The notes beneath the pieces were generated by a model. That model ran no database searches and was not told the origin of the DNA. It saw only the letters and a program-made list of their open reading frames with translations. This document shows positions 59,901-64,000 of a stretch of DNA of 64,000 nt, one piece after another (positions within the stretch are counted from its first letter, which is position 1; every line of letters starts with the position of its first letter). The position numbers were made by a program, and so were the translations under genes. Origin of the DNA: an uncultured Bacilli bacterium (lineage in GTDB: Bacteria > Bacillota_I > Bacilli_A > RF39 > UBA660); NCBI GenBank assembly GCA_944350315.1, contig CALVON010000039.1:48-64047 (forward strand). The letters are read 5' to 3'.

Positions 59901-60015
59901 TCGTGGTGGCTACTACAGCCATGGGAGGTATGCGGGTGTCTTCGACTTCCGCAACGGCAGTGGTCTTGCGAGCACCTTCAACGCCGCCCGTCTGGTTCTC
60001 GGTATAGGAGCGTAG
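56902..60015 (+). CDS. 1037-aa membrane-anchored surface protein with two tandem FGE-sulfatase/C-type-lectin-like modules
   Basis: N-terminal TM (IIITIFSILLVTIIGTAAW), a domain of about 150 aa, then two modules each carrying HPAF...GIWVGKFETTG, NSEWGAVAYLSHSKYG and GVYDMSGGA.EYVMGN (compare G.YDMSGNVWEW of FGE-like domains). Confidence 0.75.
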   Translation: MKKENNNQKEINKENKINKLGKKSIIITIFSILLVTIIGTAAWLTWRSNDTALVLTIGDLNTAQVILKPYKINTEILPVNSYENELYTDVEAINSSSTSKKIKLFYRITNIDEELITEDFKYTITRSTDNGSTYEEYQSGNFSTAQNNQDFYILKENIPGNTTYKYKVYIWLDGSNGNQTEVQGKKFEGELRAEILNGSDVVVDLPDGLIPITYDVSGNNTIVKTIDSTNSSWYDYDEQLWANGVLVTESSRNTYLNTSGVTIPESDILAYYVYIPRYKYKIWTTEESSTGEEQEIEIIFENTSMTKSQGTQVGEYITHPAFTFGSNEVNGIWVGKFETTGTEETPTVKPDVTSLRNQNVSTQFQTALKFAGGTMADDGSVTFSGSSTYGLDSNIDSHMMKNSEWGAVAYLSHSKYGLNSEVYINNSSGCYTGRSGGNVGGSTPINGTYPDQTSIVEKNTYGFYTWDGYLLNYNTNTKSSTRDLTKVASTTGNITGVYDMSGGAYEYVMGNYNNTISSSGFTVMPSSKYYDLYTSTNRLTSCNGGVCFGHGISETSFWYEDSATFFVSLYSWLARSSAYDKGVISGTFHYSATQGTQQTWQGFRSVLVKAPYSDPILNGSDPVLDEGIIPITFDVSGDNTIIKTAGLYDEWYNYSNQEWANAILVTEESRDTYLGTSGVEVNQSDILAYLVWIPRYKYKIWTLSESSTGQEQEIEIVFESKDEISTGTQVGEYITHPAFWWDDDSDGVREEEEELSGIWVGKFETTGDATTPTVLPDVTSLRSQSVSTQFKTALKFAGGTMADDGSVTFTGSSTYGLTANTDSHTMKNSEWGAVAYLSHSKYGVNREVYINNSSGYYTGRSGGNVGGSTPINGIYSDQSSTTQYNTYGFYTWDGYLLNYNTNTKSSTRDLTKVASTTGNIMGVYDMSGGATEYVMGNLNKKSMGDNFNPFPSQKYYDLYTTISSLTACNGGVCFGHALSEVSLWHSDGGEIDDGNGPWFLRGGYYSHGRYAGVFDFRNGSGLASTFNAARLVLGIGA
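57487..60012 (+). repeat. intragenic tandem duplication, two units of about 1263 nt (421 codons)
   Basis: Units start at LNGSD (57487 and 58750). Long stretches are identical or near-identical (e.g. GTAGGAAAGTTTGAAACAAC, ACAGCCTTAAAATTTGC, ATGAAAAATAGTGAATGGGG). Confidence 0.9.
59888..60012 (+). other. GC-rich, adenine-depleted 3' segment, a candidate DGR variable region
   Basis: 59893-60000 has 14 A and 64 G+C in 108 nt. The paralogous 108 nt of module 1 (58615-58722) has 35 A and 43 G+C. Confidence 0.5.
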
Positions 60016-60091
60016 CGACATGCTCTTTTGAAACGGAGGTTATGACAATAGGAAAAGATAAATAGGTAGCAGAAAAATACGAAATGGAGTT

Positions 60092-60127
60092 GTGCCCTGT
60101 TTGCCTCTTTTTTTGCAAACCGGGCAC
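60092..60127 (+). other. strong GC-rich hairpin downstream of the candidate VR
   Basis: GTGCCCTGTTTGC-(ctcttttttt)-GCAAACCGGGCAC: a 13-bp stem with one mismatch. No trailing T-run on either strand. Confidence 0.7.
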
Positions 60128-60188
60128 GGGGTAAGCTGTTGATAAATGAATATAAGTAGTTAAATAATAAAATATAGGTAGGTAAGAT

Positions 60189-60623
60189 ATGGAAAGAGAA
60201 ATGATTAATAAAAGTAGTAAGAATAATAAAAAGGGTTTTACTTTAGTAGAGTTAATTGCTACTATTGTTGTCTTGGCTTTAGTCGTAGGTATATCTAGTT
60301 ATGCTGTTATTGGTTTAATACAAAGTTCTAAAGAAAAGAATTATGAATTATTAATTACCAGTATTAAAGATGCCGCAGAAACTTATTATCAAGAATGCAC
60401 CTATTCTAATAATACAGGTATTACCTGTGGTAATACAGTAACACTTAATGATTTACTTACTTATGGTTATTTAAAAGGAAATGATTCTGATCATGATAAT
60501 AGTATTATTAATCCTAAAGATAATGAAAATATAGGTGCCTGTCAAATATCTATTTCTTATTTATCTGGTAAAGTAGAAGTTAGTGCCGTTAATCCTACTG
60601 GTAGCTGTCCTACTGAATATTAA
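60189..60623 (+). CDS. prepilin-type N-terminal cleavage/methylation domain protein (pseudopilin)
   Basis: KKG/FTLVELIATIVVLALVV is a class III signal. Two Cys pairs in the globular part. The start could instead be the ATG at 60201. Confidence 0.85.
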   Translation: MEREMINKSSKNNKKGFTLVELIATIVVLALVVGISSYAVIGLIQSSKEKNYELLITSIKDAAETYYQECTYSNNTGITCGNTVTLNDLLTYGYLKGNDSDHDNSIINPKDNENIGACQISISYLSGKVEVSAVNPTGSCPTEY

Positions 60624-60633
60624 GAGGTAATCT

Positions 60634-61284
60634 ATGATAGGTAATGATTGGGATATTATCTTAAAAGAAATCTATAATAAAGAATATTTTAATAAAATAA
60701 AAGAAAAAGTTAGATATGAATATCAACATAAAACTATTTTCCCCCCTGCTAATAAAGTCTTTTCCGCACTACGCTTAACGCCATATAAAGATGTATCTGT
60801 AGTTATATTAGGACAAGACCCTTATCATGGTATAGGAGAAGCTAATGGACTATGTTTTTCTGTTAATCATGGTATAAAAATGCCTCCCTCATTAAATAAT
60901 ATTTATAAAGAATTATATAATGATTTAGGTATTAAAAGAACAGATACTGATTTATCTGATTGGGCTAGTCAAGGAGTATTATTATTAAATAGTGTTTTAA
61001 CCGTTGAAAAAGATAAACCTGCTAGTCATAAATTTATTGGATGGAAAACATTTACTGATGAGATTATCATGAAATTAAATGAACATGAAACGCCAATAGT
61101 CTTTATCCTTTGGGGGAATTTTGCTAAAAGTAAAATAAAATATATTACTAATTCTAAACATTTAATAATATCATCATCTCATCCCAGTCCTTTTTCTGTT
61201 AATTATGGTTTCTTTGGTAGTAAACCTTTTTCAAAAACAAATGAATTTTTAAAGAAAAATAATTTAAAAGAAATAAAGTGGTAA
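60634..61284 (+). CDS. ung: uracil-DNA glycosylase
   Basis: ILGQDPYHG, GLCFSV and HPSP motifs. Confidence 0.94.
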   Translation: MIGNDWDIILKEIYNKEYFNKIKEKVRYEYQHKTIFPPANKVFSALRLTPYKDVSVVILGQDPYHGIGEANGLCFSVNHGIKMPPSLNNIYKELYNDLGIKRTDTDLSDWASQGVLLLNSVLTVEKDKPASHKFIGWKTFTDEIIMKLNEHETPIVFILWGNFAKSKIKYITNSKHLIISSSHPSPFSVNYGFFGSKPFSKTNEFLKKNNLKEIKW

Positions 61285-61286
61285 TT

Positions 61287-62375
61287 ATGTTAGGAGTATA
61301 TATTCATATCCCTTTTTGTAAAAAGATTTGTACTTATTGTGATTTCTGTAAAATGTATTATAATAAAAAATATATTATTCCTTATTTAGATAATTTAAAA
61401 AAAGAAATTACCATAAGATATCAAAATGAATTAGTTAATACCATCTATATTGGGGGAGGAACTCCTAGTTGCCTGGATAATTTAGAACTTGACTATTTAC
61501 TAAATATTTTATCAATATTTAAATTATCTAAAGATTATGAATACACAATTGAATGTAATATTGAAGATGTTAATATAGAAAAATTAAAAATATTTAAAAA
61601 ATATGGTATAAATAGATTAAGTATTGGAGTCCAGTCATTTAATGAGAATAATATTAAAAAATTAGGAAGAGGACATAATGAAAAATTAGTCTTTGATAAT
61701 ATATCTCTTGTTAAAAAATATTTTAAAAATATTAATATAGATTTAATATATGGAATTAATAATAATTTAGATGAAGTAAAAGAAGATATTGATAAATTTT
61801 TAAAATTAGATATTCCCCATATTTCATGTTATTCATTAATAATTGAAGAAAATACTAAATTATTTATTAATAAACAAAAATATATTGACGAAGATATAGA
61901 TAGATTAATGTTTGACTATATCAATGATAAACTTGTAAATAATGGTTATATTCATTATGAAATAAGTAACTATGCCAAACTAGGATATGTGAGTATTCAT
62001 AATAAAAATTACTGGTTAAATGGTAGTTATTATGGATTTGGATTAAGTGCAGTTAGTTATCTATCTAATCATAGGATTACTAATACCAAGAATATGACTA
62101 AATATTTAAATGGTAATTATATAGATAGTGATATTTATGAAGATATAAAAATAAATAAAGAAAATGATCTTATATTAGGTCTTAGATTAATTGATGGTAT
62201 AAGTATTTCTAAATATAATAATAAATATCAAGATAATTTATTAGATAAGAAAGTAATAAAAGAATTATTAAATGATGAATATTTAGAAATAGTTAATGAT
62301 AAATTAAGATGTAAATATATTTATATTTATTTATTAAACAATATATTAGAAAGAATTATAGGAAGTGATTTATGA
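61287..62375 (+). CDS. hemW: radical SAM heme chaperone HemW (HemN-like)
   Basis: YIHIPFCKKICTYCDF contains the CxxxCxxC motif. 363 aa. Confidence 0.88.
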   Translation: MLGVYIHIPFCKKICTYCDFCKMYYNKKYIIPYLDNLKKEITIRYQNELVNTIYIGGGTPSCLDNLELDYLLNILSIFKLSKDYEYTIECNIEDVNIEKLKIFKKYGINRLSIGVQSFNENNIKKLGRGHNEKLVFDNISLVKKYFKNINIDLIYGINNNLDEVKEDIDKFLKLDIPHISCYSLIIEENTKLFINKQKYIDEDIDRLMFDYINDKLVNNGYIHYEISNYAKLGYVSIHNKNYWLNGSYYGFGLSAVSYLSNHRITNTKNMTKYLNGNYIDSDIYEDIKINKENDLILGLRLIDGISISKYNNKYQDNLLDKKVIKELLNDEYLEIVNDKLRCKYIYIYLLNNILERIIGSDL

Positions 62376-63163
62376 TTGATTTTATTAAAAGTGAAAAAGT
62401 ATATTTACCCATAATATATATAGCATTAGGATTAATAATTTATAATATTATAAAAATAATAATAAATAAAATAAGCAAGAATAAACATATTGATAAAAAG
62501 AAAAAAACTATTATTTCATTAATTAAAAATATTATTAAATATCTTATATATATTTTAATGATTTTATCAATCTTAAATGTCTATGGAGTAAATACAACCT
62601 CTATTATAGCTTCAATAGGAGTAGCTGGATTAGTAATAGGATTAGCTTTTCAAGATATAATCAGAGACTTTTTATCAGGAATATTTATTTTATTTGATAA
62701 TCAATATACTATTGGTGATACAGTTTCAATTAACAATTTTAAAGGAGAAGTAATATCTTTTGGATTAATGTCTACCAAAATAAAAGCTGCTACGGGAGAA
62801 ATTTTGATATTATCTAATTCTTCTTTTAAAGAAGTTATAAACTATAGTATTGATAATACGATTTTATATATTACTCTAGATGTATCTTATGATACAAATA
62901 TAGAGAAATTAGAAAAAGTATTAAATGATTTAAAAGAAGATGTTATGAAAATAGAAAATGTATGTGGAGAATATAAATTATTAGGAATAAGTGAATTTTC
63001 CTCAAGCAGTATTAAATATTTAGTTAGTATTGAATGTAATCCAAATACTCACTATCAAATAAAAAGAGATTATTTAAAATTAATAAGAAATACTTTTAAT
63101 AAAAATAATATTGAAATTCCTTATAATAAATTAGATATAAATATAAGAGGTAAAGATGAATAA
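62372..63163 (+). CDS. MscS-family mechanosensitive channel
   Basis: GVAGLVIGLAFQDIIRDFLSGIFILFDNQYTIGD. Confidence 0.85.
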   Translation: MIDFIKSEKVYLPIIYIALGLIIYNIIKIIINKISKNKHIDKKKKTIISLIKNIIKYLIYILMILSILNVYGVNTTSIIASIGVAGLVIGLAFQDIIRDFLSGIFILFDNQYTIGDTVSINNFKGEVISFGLMSTKIKAATGEILILSNSSFKEVINYSIDNTILYITLDVSYDTNIEKLEKVLNDLKEDVMKIENVCGEYKLLGISEFSSSSIKYLVSIECNPNTHYQIKRDYLKLIRNTFNKNNIEIPYNKLDINIRGKDE

Positions 63164-63722
63164 AATAAAATATTTTGAAGAAGAAATATCATATCTAAAA
63201 GATGAAAATAATAAAGAAGATTTAAGGTATTTAATAAATTTATTACCAGACTACTTTTTTGTTATACCCGCATCTAGTACTGGAAAATATCATCCTAAAT
63301 ATGCTAGTACTAAAAATGGGTTATTAAAACATACAAAAGTTGCTGTTAGAATAGCTTATGACTTATTTGATACAGTTATTAACTTTAGTGAAAATGATCA
63401 AGATTTAATAATAATGGCATTAGTTTTACATGATGGATTAAAAAAAGGAATTGTCGAAGAAAAATATACAAGATTTGATCATCCATTACTAATATCTAAA
63501 TTAATTATGGAAAACGCAAATAATTTAAAAATGAATATTGATGATGTAAGAAAGTTATGCTCTTTAATTGAATCACATATGGGTAAATGGAATACTAGTA
63601 AATATAGCAAAGTAGAATTACCACTACCAGTAACTGAACTGCAAAGGTATGTTCATCGATGTGATTATTTATCAAGTAGAAATTATCTAAATGTTTCTTT
63701 TGATAAGTTAAATATAAAATAG
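63156..63722 (+). CDS. HD-domain phosphohydrolase
   Basis: LKHTKVA...ALVLHDGLKKG (H...HD pattern). Confidence 0.65.
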   Translation: MNKIKYFEEEISYLKDENNKEDLRYLINLLPDYFFVIPASSTGKYHPKYASTKNGLLKHTKVAVRIAYDLFDTVINFSENDQDLIIMALVLHDGLKKGIVEEKYTRFDHPLLISKLIMENANNLKMNIDDVRKLCSLIESHMGKWNTSKYSKVELPLPVTELQRYVHRCDYLSSRNYLNVSFDKLNIK

Positions 63723-63730
63723 GTGATATT

Positions 63731-64000
63731 ATGAAGAAAAATAATAAAGGTTTTACTTTAGTTGAATTATTAGCAGTAGTAGTTATTCTATTAGCCATAT
63801 CCGTTATTGCTATTTCTAGTATCAGCGCAGCTATTGAAAGAAATAAAGAGAAACAAAATGATGCTAAAATAAAAGTAATTGAAAGTTATGCAGAAGCATA
63901 TTACGAAGCTCACAAAAATAGTTTAGGTCTAACTAACTGTATCTCCGTAAGTAAATTAGACTTAACTGAAGAAGAAATGACTGACGCTTTTGGTAATGTT
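63731..64000 (+). CDS. prepilin-type N-terminal methylation domain protein (3' end lies outside the window)
   Basis: Own translation: MKKNNKG/FTLVELLAVVVILLAISVIAISS... AGGTGA RBS. Confidence 0.85.
   Translation, partial: MKKNNKGFTLVELLAVVVILLAISVIAISSISAAIERNKEKQNDAKIKVIESYAEAYYEAHKNSLGLTNCISVSKLDLTEEEMTDAFGNV

Noticed and set aside
57487-60012. Large direct repeat that could have been a CRISPR-like or IS-flanking repeat
   Set aside because: The repeat units are about 1.26 kb, in-frame and protein-coding (domain duplication). There are no short spacers and no transposase.
56902-60015. Possible template repeat (TR), reverse transcriptase or avd gene for the candidate VR within this window
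   Set aside because: I found no second GC-rich copy of 59888-60012 anywhere in the 64 kb by eye. The paralogous module-1 tail (58615-58722) differs at many non-adenine positions, so it cannot be the TR. No ORF has RT motifs. The DGR proposal therefore stays a hypothesis that needs the rest of the genome.
59836-60021. 61-aa minus-strand ORF overlapping the 3' end of the large surface protein gene
   Set aside because: It is open only because the A-poor, GC-rich segment lacks stop codons on the opposite strand. There is no RBS, and it lies fully inside a well-supported plus-strand CDS.
60084-60134. 16-codon Cys-rich mini-ORF (MELCPVCLFFCKPGTG) inside the hairpin downstream of the candidate VR
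   Set aside because: There is no Shine-Dalgarno sequence upstream. Its Cys codons simply reflect the two arms of the inverted repeat. The region is more parsimoniously a structural DNA/RNA element.

Overview
This is a very AT-rich Bacillota-type chromosomal segment read with the standard genetic code (Trp is TGG; TGA is used as a stop). Positions 1-14.5 kb hold the 3' end of a 5S rRNA and a complete S10-spc-alpha ribosomal cluster from rpsJ to rplQ. The cluster includes secY, adk, map, infA and an rpmJ that is missing from the ORF track, and it lacks rpmD and rpsD. The rest is housekeeping (ligA, M29 aminopeptidase, murC, CBS-pyrophosphatase, ackA, nrnA, recG, def, smc, tsaE-tsaB-rimI-tsaD, pncC-like, ung, hemW, mscS) interrupted by accessory islets. 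Sporulation markers (cotE, a SpoVB-like flippase, a YjcZ-like peptide) point to an endospore former. The short SMC and the missing L30 suggest a reduced, Mollicutes-related or Erysipelotrichia-like lineage, but that is inference only.

Main hunt results:
1. The last ~110 nt of a 1037-aa surface protein built from two tandem FGE/C-type-lectin-like modules switch abruptly to GC-rich, adenine-depleted sequence, followed by a strong hairpin. This is the signature of a diversity-generating-retroelement (DGR) variable region. No reverse transcriptase or template repeat lies in the window, so it would be an orphan or remote target.
2. Two small double-glycine-leader peptide genes that are not in the ORF track lie behind a C39-peptidase ABC exporter and a miniature accessory protein, and are candidate two-peptide class II bacteriocins.
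3. A GH73 peptidoglycan hydrolase carries a dockerin, with no recognisable cohesin nearby.
4. A frameshifted sigma/anti-sigma remnant lies beside tRNA-Met.
5. Type IV pilus/Com-like parts are dispersed: one orphan ATPase and two separated pseudopilins.

I saw no CRISPR array, IS element or prophage.
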